Shown piece after piece: positions 31,252 to 41,478 of a stretch of 64,000 nucleotides of DNA. The first letter of the stretch is position 1. Each line of letters opens with the position of its first letter. The notes under the pieces are model-generated. The model searched no databases. It saw nothing but the letters and a program-made list of their open reading frames with translations, and was not told the DNA's origin. The stretch spans positions 32,001 to 96,000 of the IMG/VR virus record IMGVR_UViG_3300035498_000371; one strand, written 5' to 3'. The position numbers were made by a program, and so were the translations under genes. This DNA is from a virus (Duplodnaviria > Caudoviricetes).

Positions 31252-32000
31252 TTTGCCGTTTATAAAACAGAAGCACCGTTGATTACGGCAAATGCGGTTT
31301 GAGTTGGCAGCCCGATATAGAGGCTGCGTGTTAAGTGAGTTGCAACCGCAATATATTAGGTGCTAGCCGTGGGACTTTCTCACCGTTCGGAATAATACTT
31401 GTGCTATGATGAAGCGGCCGCGAGGATAAGCAGGTGCGCGATGGAAGGCAAAGGATAACACCGAGATGCGCCAACGTAGAGTGCGTCTAGATAATTCGCG
31501 ATAATATTCTAGTTCAATCTAGCCGGTCAGCGTGTCACAGCGCTGATCGGTATTCCTTCGTTTTGCTGAATTCCCCGTTCTAGGCAAACGAAGATCTCCC
31601 ATGTTATACTCTCAATATGAGTACCTGTTAACATGATTGTGCAGAGTTCATCTGCTGCGAAATGAAAACGATTTGGGATGCCCAATGGAATAGCATATTA
31701 GATAAAGAGATCTTCTATGTTCCCAAGTTGGTAGCCGCTTATGCGTATAAGGGCGGTATAATAATAAGGATTGGCGTTGGCTTGAAACGTACAAGCTATG
31801 GGGTGGTTGAAGGAAATACACTGGTAAGTGCCTAGTAAATGTGTGCTAGAGTCAGTAATGAATTTCCTAAGGTTACTAATGACCGCTATTAAGCCGAGAG
31901 TGGTGGATCGGTGATGCCTGCAGGTGAGGATGATGGAGTTGTTGGAAGGGAAAGATGGATTGCGTTGTAATCGGCTGTCTGTGTGTAACCTGCAGGATGC
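31252..32000 (+). ncRNA. Putative large structured non-coding RNA (~750 nt)
   Basis: No ORF of 60 aa or more, visibly GC-richer than the flanks, at least 10 inverted repeats, flanked by tRNA-like elements. Confidence 0.6.
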
Positions 32001-32073
32001 GTACCATTAGCTCAGTTGGTAGAGCACATGACTTTTAATCATGGTGTCGAGGGTTCAACTCCCTCATGGTACA
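32001..32073 (+). tRNA. tRNA-Lys (TTT), no encoded CCA
   Basis: gtaccat/atggtac acceptor, gctc/gagc D arm, catga-ctTTTaa-tcatg anticodon arm, gaggg-ttcaact-ccctc T arm. Confidence 0.95.
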
Positions 32074-32110
32074 TTAAGACTACTATTTTTGTTGCCGTAT
32101 TTCAAATCCA

Positions 32111-32134
32111 GCCCAGTGGTTAATTCCACTGGGC
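32111..32134 (+). terminator. Terminator hairpin after the RNA cluster
   Basis: gcccagtgg-ttaatt-ccactgggc. Confidence 0.65.
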
Positions 32135-32256
32135 GCTCCTTTCGGTTTCATTTTGGGAATTATTGAGCCCGAAACAATTTAATATATAAAAGATTTTCCA
32201 TTATATATTATAAAGGAGAATAGTAAAGGCAAATAAGTATAAAGGAGACGATTACT

Positions 32257-34440
32257 ATGGCAGAAGAACTTACAATCGTAACGGAACCGTTACAAAATTT
32301 TAAGAATTATTTTGTCTATGCAGATAATGTAAAGACAGGTAAACAAATCACAGTTAATGTCCCAACGGATATAACTGCTACTAATGTGGATGACCACATT
32401 ATTGCTATCTCTAATATATTGAAAGATGGTATTGAAACTCCATATGTACACGATACGAAGATTACAATCTCATGGGGAGGAGATCTTTGGTGTGAATTAT
32501 CGTTTATCGATTATTGGTTTTCTTTATTTATGTGGAGTATGGTATTAAAAACAGGGGGAGAAATTAGACCTAAGCATATCTTCTGGGGTACTGAATTGAA
32601 GAGGAAGAATATTAAGACATTCATTGATAGATTCGTACTGACGATTGAGAATAAAATCAATATTGGTAATTATGAACTCAATAATATCATTGCTGATGGT
32701 ACATGGAATTTCTCTAATATAGAACCATTCTCATTTTATCTGGCAAATACTATTAATAATGAGGATGATATTGAGTTAATGAAGAAATGCCCAGAGTATT
32801 ATGATTATCTTCATATGTCTTTCGCCAACGTTCCATTTAGTGATGTAAAAGATATTGGCCAGGAGATAACCAATAAGACTATAGATATTATTAAGGATTC
32901 TAAGAAATATCTTGGGTATGAGCATGGATTAACGAATTCATTCAGAGCATCTGAAGCTATCAACCCAAGACAGTATAAGGAGTCAAGAATCAATATTGGT
33001 ACCAAGTCTATTTATGATAAAGTATTTCCATACGTTATTGATCAGTCGTTTAGTAATGGTGGTGTAAATAGACCATTGTATTATTATATTGAATCTAGCA
33101 CGGCAAGAACAGCGCAGATCATGTCAAAGACAAATGTCGGAGATTCTGGTGATTTTGCTAGATTGCTTGGATTGAATAATACAGATACAATTCTTAATCC
33201 TGTAGCAGCATACAAGTGCATGTCTCGCCATTTTGTTAAATATGAGATTAAGAGCCCTAAGCATTTAAGTATGATTAAGAATCGTTATTATAGATTCAAT
33301 ATCTTAGGAATGGAATATCTTATCAATGATAAAGACGATTCATTAATCGGCAAGACAGTATATCTTAGATCTCCAATGACATGCGCTAGCTTATCAAGCG
33401 GTCATGGAATCTGTAGTCGTTGCTATGGAGATCTTTATTATACCAATAAAGATATTAACGTTGGTAAGATTGCTGCAGAAATTCTTTCATCAATCTTAAC
33501 TCAGACTCTTCTTTCTGCAAAACATCTTTTGGAAACAAAGATTATTAAGACTAAGTGGAATAAAGAGTTTGAAGAGCTTTTTGATATAGACATAAACTGT
33601 ATCTCTCTTATACAGGATATTGAGGATACGATTCCAGACTTGAGGAAGTATACACTTGTTATTGATCCAGATAATGTAAATCTGGTAAATGATGAAGAAG
33701 ATACGGTTAAGTATGATGATGACGGAAATATGATTCAGGAAGATTCTATCATGTATAACGAGTACATCACATATTTCTATATCAAATCTCCAAATGGAGT
33801 AATAACGAAGTTTGGTTCGGAGCAGGATGAGCCACTTTATATCTCCAAAGATCTTAATAGTATTATTAGGAAGCGTGGAAATGCAACTAATGATGATGCT
33901 AAGGTTAATATCCCAATGAATCTGCTAGTTGATTCTCAATTGTTCTATATTAAAATCAATAATAATGAGATCTCTAAGACTATGAATGATATTATCAACG
34001 TCATCAATAAGTCTGAGGTTACTGGTAATATGACTAAAGATGAAGCTCTTCAGTCTATTGTCGATCTTGTTATCGAAGGTGGTTTGGATATAGATTCGGT
34101 TCATCTTGAAGTAATCTTAGCTAACCAGATAGTTGACGCTAAAGATATCTTAAAGAAACCTAACTGGAACGATCCTGCAACACAGTACAAGATGTTTACG
34201 CTTAATCAGGCGTTAACGAATAATCCATCTGTAATTATATCATTGCTGTATAAAGATCTTAATAAGACTTTGTACAACCCTCTTACGTTTACTAAGAATG
34301 CGCCTAGCTTTTTCGATCTGTTCTTCTCAGAGCAGCCTCAGGTTTATATGTCTGATGAGATATTAGTAGATGCAGAAGATATAAATATTAGAGACCGTAG
34401 CAAGACTATAGAGATGGTTAAGATAGTCGATAAGAAATAA
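32257..34440 (+). CDS. rpoC: RNA polymerase beta' C-terminal subunit (probably of the non-virion RNAP)
   Basis: Bridge-helix region ARTAQIMSKTNVGDSGDFARLL, Zn site RSPMTC...ICSRCYG, trigger loop TQTLLSAKH, IDSVHLEVILANQ; TATATTAT at 32204..32211. Confidence 0.9.
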   Translation: MAEELTIVTEPLQNFKNYFVYADNVKTGKQITVNVPTDITATNVDDHIIAISNILKDGIETPYVHDTKITISWGGDLWCELSFIDYWFSLFMWSMVLKTGGEIRPKHIFWGTELKRKNIKTFIDRFVLTIENKINIGNYELNNIIADGTWNFSNIEPFSFYLANTINNEDDIELMKKCPEYYDYLHMSFANVPFSDVKDIGQEITNKTIDIIKDSKKYLGYEHGLTNSFRASEAINPRQYKESRINIGTKSIYDKVFPYVIDQSFSNGGVNRPLYYYIESSTARTAQIMSKTNVGDSGDFARLLGLNNTDTILNPVAAYKCMSRHFVKYEIKSPKHLSMIKNRYYRFNILGMEYLINDKDDSLIGKTVYLRSPMTCASLSSGHGICSRCYGDLYYTNKDINVGKIAAEILSSILTQTLLSAKHLLETKIIKTKWNKEFEELFDIDINCISLIQDIEDTIPDLRKYTLVIDPDNVNLVNDEEDTVKYDDDGNMIQEDSIMYNEYITYFYIKSPNGVITKFGSEQDEPLYISKDLNSIIRKRGNATNDDAKVNIPMNLLVDSQLFYIKINNNEISKTMNDIINVINKSEVTGNMTKDEALQSIVDLVIEGGLDIDSVHLEVILANQIVDAKDILKKPNWNDPATQYKMFTLNQALTNNPSVIISLLYKDLNKTLYNPLTFTKNAPSFFDLFFSEQPQVYMSDEILVDAEDINIRDRSKTIEMVKIVDKK

Positions 34441-34538
34441 TACCAATAAGTATCGAGGTAGGGTTGTTCCCTACCTCGTTATTTTTTATTGAATTGCGAA
34501 CTTTATAGTAATGCTATAATTTAGAGAGGTGAAGTATA

Positions 34539-36065
34539 ATGCAAAATAAAGTTGTATTAAAGCATTCTAGGATAGAAATAAATAATTACGTTTTAGGAGA
34601 TGCTCCTAGGCTGGAATATCTTTTCTCTATGAATGATCCTATAAGACACGCTAGATATTATAAAGGCATAGAATATGATGAAGCTAATAAGAAGCTTATA
34701 TTACCAAGAGGATTTGATATTAGTTATCTTGAGAGTATATTCGGTATGTCGGCTATAGTCGATAAGAATCCAGATCCCTATGTAAATACAGAACAGATTC
34801 CCATCAAATATTTAACCAGAGATGAGCGCCAGTTAGAAATATTGAAGTTTATTATAGGCGTTGATAATTATGCTTATACAGCAACCAAATCACAATTATC
34901 AGTAAACTCTGCTACAGGTTCTGGTAAGACATTCGTTACTGTAGCATCAATATGTTTTACTGGAGCTAGAGCTATTCTTATAACTAATTCATTGGACTGG
35001 TTAAATCAATGGAAGTATAAGATATTTGAGTATACCCCATTACAGGAGAAAGATATCTATACTATCAGTAGTAAATCTGTTGGCTCTATAAATAAGCTTT
35101 TATATGATGATCCATTAAAGTACCAGATATTTCTTATATCTCATTCTTCTATTAAATCATATGGAGATAGATATGGTTGGGATAAAGTTGAAGAGTTCTT
35201 TAAGCATTTAAGATGCTCTTTAAAGATATTCGATGAGGCTCATTTATATTTTGATAATATGATGAAGATAGATTATCATTCCAATACGAGAAAGACTTTG
35301 TATTTAACAGCAACGCCAGCAAGATCAGATAGAAATGAGAACGATATTTATCAACTTTACTTTAAGAATATCCCTTCAATATCTTTATTTGATGAGAATA
35401 AAGACCCTCATGTAAATTACTTTGCAATTCATTTTAATTCTCATCCATCACCAGCAGATATTGTAAAGTGTAAAAATAGTTATGGGTTTGATAGAAACAA
35501 ATACGTTGGTTATGTAACTTCCAGACCAATGTTTTTAAATCTCGTTACTGTAATAATAGATATGTGTATGAATATAGATGGTAAATGTTTAATTTATATC
35601 GGCACCAACAAGGGTATTATGGACGTTTATAAACACATAATTTCTGTATTTCCATTTCTTGAAGGGTTTGTGGGGGTTTACTCTAGTATCTCTGATAAAG
35701 ATACTAAAGATCTTAATTTGCGTACTAAATTTATCTTATCTACAACTAAATCATGTGGAGCAGCATCAGATATTCCTGATTTAGCCTGTACAATAAATTT
35801 AGCAGAACCATTCAAATCTTCTGTATTGGCTCAGCAAACTCTTGGTCGTTGTAGAAAAGATAATACATTGTATATTGATGTAGTAGATGAAGGTTTCTAT
35901 TTTACTAAGAAGTATTATCAAGCTAAGAAACCTATATTCTCTAGGTATGCTAAGTCTTGTAAAGAGGCTTTTATGTCCGATATTGAACTAGAAGATAGAG
36001 TTGCTAAAGTATTGGAGAAATACCAACAAAAAGAAGTCATGTGTATGAGGGTGTATAAAAAGTAA
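34539..36065 (+). CDS. Superfamily 2 DEAH helicase (UvsW-like)
   Basis: ATGSGKT, FDEAH, LTATP, QTLGRCRK. Confidence 0.9.
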   Translation: MQNKVVLKHSRIEINNYVLGDAPRLEYLFSMNDPIRHARYYKGIEYDEANKKLILPRGFDISYLESIFGMSAIVDKNPDPYVNTEQIPIKYLTRDERQLEILKFIIGVDNYAYTATKSQLSVNSATGSGKTFVTVASICFTGARAILITNSLDWLNQWKYKIFEYTPLQEKDIYTISSKSVGSINKLLYDDPLKYQIFLISHSSIKSYGDRYGWDKVEEFFKHLRCSLKIFDEAHLYFDNMMKIDYHSNTRKTLYLTATPARSDRNENDIYQLYFKNIPSISLFDENKDPHVNYFAIHFNSHPSPADIVKCKNSYGFDRNKYVGYVTSRPMFLNLVTVIIDMCMNIDGKCLIYIGTNKGIMDVYKHIISVFPFLEGFVGVYSSISDKDTKDLNLRTKFILSTTKSCGAASDIPDLACTINLAEPFKSSVLAQQTLGRCRKDNTLYIDVVDEGFYFTKKYYQAKKPIFSRYAKSCKEAFMSDIELEDRVAKVLEKYQQKEVMCMRVYKK

Positions 36066-36156
36066 AAGTCGCATTTTCAACTGCATAATATATTTGTAAG
36101 TAGTATGCGTAGAAGAACGTATTAAATCAAATTTTATATTATGGAGGTAGAAAATT

Positions 36157-37215
36157 ATGACACTTAACATGACAAAATTGTACAATAACGAAAAGGGATA
36201 TGGATATGATCCCGAACATCCTGTAGAGAGTATGCTTAATAAAGCTGTATCAGCATCTATTAACGTACTGTCTCCAATGGGAGAATTCTATGGAACCGAG
36301 TATGAAGATGACGCCGCATCAATAATGCCGAACCTTTACAACAAGGATGGCTCTATTGATTATGGTATCGCTGCAGATCTTGTTGCGCTTGCGCAGGTTG
36401 CAAATTATTCGGAGTATATGTCTTTCGCATTGTTGTACAAGGCTTTAAAGCCAAGTGACAGAAGAAGGTTCGAGGAGATCGGTAAGAAGGTAATTACTGA
36501 TAACAAGGCCAAGGAAGATGGTGAGTCTGATAAGAAAGCTGAGAAGGTTAAGACTGAGGAAAAGAAGGAATCTGCAAAGCAGGAAACTGTAGCAGCTCCT
36601 GAACAGGAAAAGAAGCCGCAGGAAAACAAGAAGTCTCAGAATAAGCCTGTAGTTCAGCAGCAGCCAGCACAGGCAGCTAATCAGGTCGGATTCAATATCA
36701 ACAATTTCTTGAATCATAATCAGAACAATCAGCAGCCTAACCAGCAGGTGCCAATCAAGCCGTTTGTTCCACCAGTAATTGGACAGCCTCAGGCACAGAT
36801 GCAGCAGCAGGCTGTAGTTCAGCCACAGCAGAATCAGCTGCCTGTACAGTATGATCCTAGACCTGATTTAAATGCTCAGCAGAAAGTTGAACAGCTCAAG
36901 AAGAATTACAAGTTCATCGAGGGCAAGCATAATAGCATCGGCGTAAGTCAGCTTAATGCATTATTGATGTTGCTTAATAACGGAGAGCTTAAGAGCGCAG
37001 TTAAGAAGAACAATGCAAAATGCAGAGCAAACAATATCTTTATGACTGAAGTTGAGATGCCGGACCAGTATAAGAATGACTTCGACTTTGCATTTCATAT
37101 TACAACCAAGGACCCGAAGCATCCGATACTGGTATTATTCAACAGCAACCAGTTTTATGATAGCAAGGGTGGGTGGTTAACGAAACTTAAGATTGAAGTA
37201 GCGCATAACCACTGA
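36157..37215 (+). CDS. Hypothetical protein with K/E-rich and Q/N/P-rich central linker
   Basis: RBS ggagg; low-complexity middle region. Confidence 0.75.
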   Translation: MTLNMTKLYNNEKGYGYDPEHPVESMLNKAVSASINVLSPMGEFYGTEYEDDAASIMPNLYNKDGSIDYGIAADLVALAQVANYSEYMSFALLYKALKPSDRRRFEEIGKKVITDNKAKEDGESDKKAEKVKTEEKKESAKQETVAAPEQEKKPQENKKSQNKPVVQQQPAQAANQVGFNINNFLNHNQNNQQPNQQVPIKPFVPPVIGQPQAQMQQQAVVQPQQNQLPVQYDPRPDLNAQQKVEQLKKNYKFIEGKHNSIGVSQLNALLMLLNNGELKSAVKKNNAKCRANNIFMTEVEMPDQYKNDFDFAFHITTKDPKHPILVLFNSNQFYDSKGGWLTKLKIEVAHNH

Positions 37216-37338
37216 CCATTTTTGGCATACTACTACTTTCAAAGGGATGGGCAAGCACCAGGCTTGCCCTATACTCCCCTTGTAATTATTTTTTGTTTTA
37301 TAAGCTGGACAACTTCTATATAAATCCTATAAAAGAAG

Positions 37339-38070
37339 GTGATTAAAATTAATGAAATGGTAACAATCGTTCATAACGATTATGAAAAAATATCTGATAC
37401 GGTATTTTGGTTATCCAAAGAATGGATAATGAAATTTGTCGTTCAGTTGAATAAATATAGTGAAAAGAATGGAAGAGAAAACTTCTATAAAGAATTTGGA
37501 TACCAGAAGAAAGGCAATTTCTGTGTATCTATAAATAGAGATTTTAATTATTATTTTTTAATAGAATCAGTACAACGAGATTCTAATGGTTTTAAATATA
37601 GTTTAATGATAACTCAGCAAGATATTTATTTTCTTCAGTTTAAATTATCCAAGGCGGTAGAATGGTTTACAGGAGATTCATCTATATTTGCCAAAAAGGG
37701 TGAGGATATAATAATTCCATCTAAAGTTTATACTGAGAGAGTAGATCTTATAACTAATACATATATTGAGTTAGAACCATCAGTTATAAGATTTGATAAT
37801 GGAAATCAAATAATTGGAGTTAGATTCTATTTAGGAAATGATACTGTTAATTTCTTTATGGATGTGAATAGATTCTTATCATTCAATTATTTTATATCAA
37901 CCTTTAATATGTATTTGGCTGCACAGGGCTTATTATCATATTTAGGAAGACCTCAGAATGGAACAAACCATATCAATATGAGCGCATTAAACTCATCCAA
38001 TCAAAATAGTAATTATAATAGTAATCAGACAAGCAGTTTCTTTGATAGAGTAAATGCAAAGAAGAATTAA
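37339..38070 (+). CDS. Hypothetical protein (243 aa)
   Basis: Long ORF; N-terminal EMVTIV motif; AACT-N6-TA at 37311..37322. Confidence 0.75.
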   Translation: MIKINEMVTIVHNDYEKISDTVFWLSKEWIMKFVVQLNKYSEKNGRENFYKEFGYQKKGNFCVSINRDFNYYFLIESVQRDSNGFKYSLMITQQDIYFLQFKLSKAVEWFTGDSSIFAKKGEDIIIPSKVYTERVDLITNTYIELEPSVIRFDNGNQIIGVRFYLGNDTVNFFMDVNRFLSFNYFISTFNMYLAAQGLLSYLGRPQNGTNHINMSALNSSNQNSNYNSNQTSSFFDRVNAKKN

Positions 38071-38081
38071 ATGGAGGAAAT

Positions 38082-38330
38082 ATGAAAGAAATACATTTAT
38101 TTGAATTTGACGATAATATATGTAAGAAGATTGATGAATCTGGATGTTTGGATGAGAAAGAGCTAAGAATTGTAGAGCTGGCATTAAAAATATTTAGTGC
38201 TCATGATATTGCTCTTAATCAATGTCTTGGACTGGAAGATGGTTCTAAAGATGCTAAGTTTGATTTCGGATTCAAATATTCTATAGCGGCGCAACATGAA
38301 AAATATGTAAAAGATAAGCAGGAAGGTTAA
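38082..38330 (+). CDS. Hypothetical protein (82 aa)
   Basis: RBS ggagg. Confidence 0.65.
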   Translation: MKEIHLFEFDDNICKKIDESGCLDEKELRIVELALKIFSAHDIALNQCLGLEDGSKDAKFDFGFKYSIAAQHEKYVKDKQEG

Positions 38331-38344
38331 TACCTTCCTGCTAT

Positions 38345-39097
38345 TTATACTGTCATAATAAGTATTTGATTTTCATTCGCTGTAGTGGTATGAGCCTCAT
38401 CAAGAGATCTTATGATATCTTCTCTTTTACTAGCCCAGTTCTGTATGGTTTCAAGCTTAAGACTAATAGTCATATAAGTAGTCTCTGTATCATCAAAATG
38501 TTTAAGCTGTTCATACAAGAACGCAGCCACATCTGCAGTGCAGAGATCTTCAAATACATTCATCATTGTAGGAGATATAGTCATAAGATTTATTGGATGC
38601 TCTATAAGAACCCATAAAGGAAATGATCTAAATCTTGTTACCATAGAACCATTGACTGTAACAAGTTTAATCTTATTAGGTGGTATGAAATCAATATAGA
38701 TTCCCATATTGAAAAGAGACATATAATCTGCTGATACTTGTGTAAGAGCGACTTCATCGGCTCCATATGTAGATAAGAAATTGTATCTATCATATCCGTT
38801 ATTACATCTGTAAGCATTCCAGTCTACATCTTCAGCCCCTAAGATAACGCTTCCTGTAGGAAGATCTTTATCAATGAAGAAGTAACCATCCTTTTCACAA
38901 GTATTATCAATTACAGCCATAACTCTATACGGAAAAAATCTACTAAATACAGGAATACTATCATCTTGAATGATAGTAGGCCAATAATCCTTTCCTATAG
39001 AATCAGGAAGATTAAGCATCATTGTTCCTAATCTACGTTCTATTTTGCCAAGTAGTTTAGACATCCTATTTGCGTGAACTACAGAATCTTTATACAT
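38345..39097 (-). CDS. Late protein, possibly neck/head completion
   Basis: AACA-N6-TA at 39119..39130 (-), RBS aaggagg; function inferred only from size and late promoter. Confidence 0.5.
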   Translation of the reverse strand: MYKDSVVHANRMSKLLGKIERRLGTMMLNLPDSIGKDYWPTIIQDDSIPVFSRFFPYRVMAVIDNTCEKDGYFFIDKDLPTGSVILGAEDVDWNAYRCNNGYDRYNFLSTYGADEVALTQVSADYMSLFNMGIYIDFIPPNKIKLVTVNGSMVTRFRSFPLWVLIEHPINLMTISPTMMNVFEDLCTADVAAFLYEQLKHFDDTETTYMTISLKLETIQNWASKREDIIRSLDEAHTTTANENQILIMTV

Positions 39098-39187
39098 AGA
39101 GAAGCACCTCCTTATTTTTACTAGAGTGTTGAATCTTGATAATATCGCATTTGATTATATATTATAATTTTGGAGGTGATAAGGAAA

Positions 39188-39955
39188 ATGATTCAATATG
39201 TAAATATACCAAAAACAGAATCATTTATTTATAAAGTCTTCCAATATTATAATGGAAGAATTAATACTTGCAACTTGGCAAGATTAGAAATAAATTGGGT
39301 TGGATTATATGATAGAGCTGAAGCAGGGTTATCTAGAAATCCTAATTTAGTTATTATTAACCCGCATGTTGTAGCGAGATATACAGACGATGAGTTTACG
39401 TTCTATTTTGTAATATTAGAAACGATAATTCACGAATTATATCATCAGGATCAGATGATCGATTATATAAAAATGGCATCAGATCCAAATTATGTAATTT
39501 TGATAGAATCTGCTGTAGAGATTCAGACCAATATTTATATAGCAAATCATATAAATGAAATTCTATATAATTTTGGTATTGATGCTAGCAGATATGGATT
39601 GGAAATATACAGAGAAAATATTTCCTTATTTGAGTATGGGTACCACTATAAGCGTAGAACGTGGTTTGATCATATACTCATAGCATTACGGGAGGTGATT
39701 TATTATTTTGATACATTTACCGACGTATCAGAAGATCTTAAAAAAATATTGGATACTGGAGTCGGTGATTTTAAAATATCCATAAATGGAATCTTCATGG
39801 ATATTTGTAAAAATGGAGTATGGGTAAACATTCAAACTCTGAATGATTTCCTATATGAAACATTCTTTAGCCATACAGTAAGAACAATCGCCGTTACATA
39901 CGGAAGAGATGGATGGTTAGAGATAAATGCGGAACTGAAAAATAAAATGTGCTAG
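39188..39955 (+). CDS. HExxH metallopeptidase-like protein, paralogue 1
   Basis: IIHELYHQDQ; KVFQYYNGRINT shared with the next gene. Confidence 0.7.
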   Translation: MIQYVNIPKTESFIYKVFQYYNGRINTCNLARLEINWVGLYDRAEAGLSRNPNLVIINPHVVARYTDDEFTFYFVILETIIHELYHQDQMIDYIKMASDPNYVILIESAVEIQTNIYIANHINEILYNFGIDASRYGLEIYRENISLFEYGYHYKRRTWFDHILIALREVIYYFDTFTDVSEDLKKILDTGVGDFKISINGIFMDICKNGVWVNIQTLNDFLYETFFSHTVRTIAVTYGRDGWLEINAELKNKMC

Positions 39956-39972
39956 ATTGGAGGAATTATGAT

Positions 39973-40827
39973 ATGATTCAACTTGATAGACTTGAAGTTG
40001 AAAATTTTATAAATAAAGTATTTTTCTATTATAATGGTAGAATAAATACGTTCAATTACAATTGCAGATTATCTATAAATTGGATACAATTTCCATTATT
40101 ACATCAAGACGCAGATTTTATGCAGCCAAATCATGTAATAATATATCCAATTGTTATAGATAGATGGGCTTGCGTTAATTGTCATAAGGCAGAAATGTCT
40201 CAAGACAGATATATGGATTGGGAAACAGTCTTCAAATTTTATATTGTAGAGAGTGTGATCCATGAATTGTATCATGCAGACCAAGTGCTAATTTATGGCA
40301 GGTATAATAAAGAAACTTCAGAAATCCCTGTCGAGAGAGAAACTGCTTTATATATGGCTAATCATAAGAATGAAATATGCAAACTATTCAATATTGGAGC
40401 AGATTTTGATAAACTGATGGAGATAAATATGAATAAATTAATACCAGTTTATTATCCGTATCGTCGTAGAGATATAGCTTCACACGCAGCGACTATAATG
40501 GGAGATATATTATACGGGTATGATATATTTGTAGATGAAATGATAAGAGCATTGAATTTTTGTACAGATACAAATGCTGGAACTATTGTACTACGGATAG
40601 ATGGTATTGAATTTATTATAACACACGACGGATTATGGTATGATATTAACGATCTAAATAATTTTGTTAATGATAAATTCTACTGCAAGGGAAGAAGCGG
40701 AATTGTAAAATTTCGCAAAATCAAATTCGAAGATAAATGGGTGCTAGAAATTCATGAGTTAGAATTAAGAGATGAAATGTGCACCCTTGTAGATTATAGC
40801 CAAGATGATTATGATTATAATAATTAA
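39973..40827 (+). CDS. HExxH metallopeptidase-like protein, paralogue 2
   Basis: VIHELYHADQ; KVFFYYNGRINT; C-terminal DEMCTLV. Confidence 0.7.
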   Translation: MIQLDRLEVENFINKVFFYYNGRINTFNYNCRLSINWIQFPLLHQDADFMQPNHVIIYPIVIDRWACVNCHKAEMSQDRYMDWETVFKFYIVESVIHELYHADQVLIYGRYNKETSEIPVERETALYMANHKNEICKLFNIGADFDKLMEINMNKLIPVYYPYRRRDIASHAATIMGDILYGYDIFVDEMIRALNFCTDTNAGTIVLRIDGIEFIITHDGLWYDINDLNNFVNDKFYCKGRSGIVKFRKIKFEDKWVLEIHELELRDEMCTLVDYSQDDYDYNN

Positions 40828-40832
40828 GGAGG

Positions 40833-41057
40833 TTGAACATGAATACTGAAGTAAAAGAAGTTTTAGATAGAATAATCAATACTAAAATTGATTTAAAATG
40901 TACTGATGGACCTATAGAATTGAAGGTAGATATTCCAGAGGCTAGAAAGCAGATGTGTACAATCGTTAAGAGCAAGAAACAGAAGTTTAACGACACTGTT
41001 GATGCTATAGCGTATGGTATAAAGGCATTATACAATAATATTAAGGAGGACGAGTAG
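40833..41057 (+). CDS. Hypothetical protein (74 aa)
   Basis: RBS aaggagg; RKQMCTIV motif. Confidence 0.7.
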   Translation: MNMNTEVKEVLDRIINTKIDLKCTDGPIELKVDIPEARKQMCTIVKSKKQKFNDTVDAIAYGIKALYNNIKEDE

Positions 41058-41411
41058 ATGTTATTACCTATTATCCCTGGACAGTACGATCCAGTAGTCG
41101 AGACAGTAAAGTGGCTTATTTCCCACGATGAGGATGGCACTCCTAGGTTTGATTATAAGTTTGGCGATGTTGGTGAGGGCCTTCATAAAGAAGATTGTAA
41201 AACCTTATCGCAGTTTAGAGAGGATAATGGATTATCAAAAGCTCCTATAATAGATAGAGAACTTTTGAATCTGCTTGGTATTGCTGAATACAATGATTCA
41301 TATGATGATATTGAATATGAGGATTATGAGCCATTTGTTCTTGGCACACCATGGCAGTTAATACTCTCTATAATAATACTTATATTTGCAGTAATTCTAT
41401 TTGTATTCTAA
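41058..41411 (+). CDS. Hypothetical protein with C-terminal transmembrane helix
   Basis: WQLILSIIILIFAVILFVF; RBS aaggagg. Confidence 0.7.
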   Translation: MLLPIIPGQYDPVVETVKWLISHDEDGTPRFDYKFGDVGEGLHKEDCKTLSQFREDNGLSKAPIIDRELLNLLGIAEYNDSYDDIEYEDYEPFVLGTPWQLILSIIILIFAVILFVF

Positions 41412-41429
41412 TTTCAAACACAATATTTA

Positions 41430-41453
41430 GCCAGTAGGGAAATCCCTACTGGC
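41430..41453. terminator. Terminator between convergent genes
   Basis: gccagtaggga-aa-tccctactggc. Confidence 0.7.
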
Positions 41454-41478
41454 ATTTCTTGTGTTTACTTTATTTTTT

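Noticed and set aside
31252-32000. tmRNA, RNase P RNA or group I/II intron
   Set aside because: Diagnostic terminal and core motifs were not found by eye; kept as an unclassified RNA.
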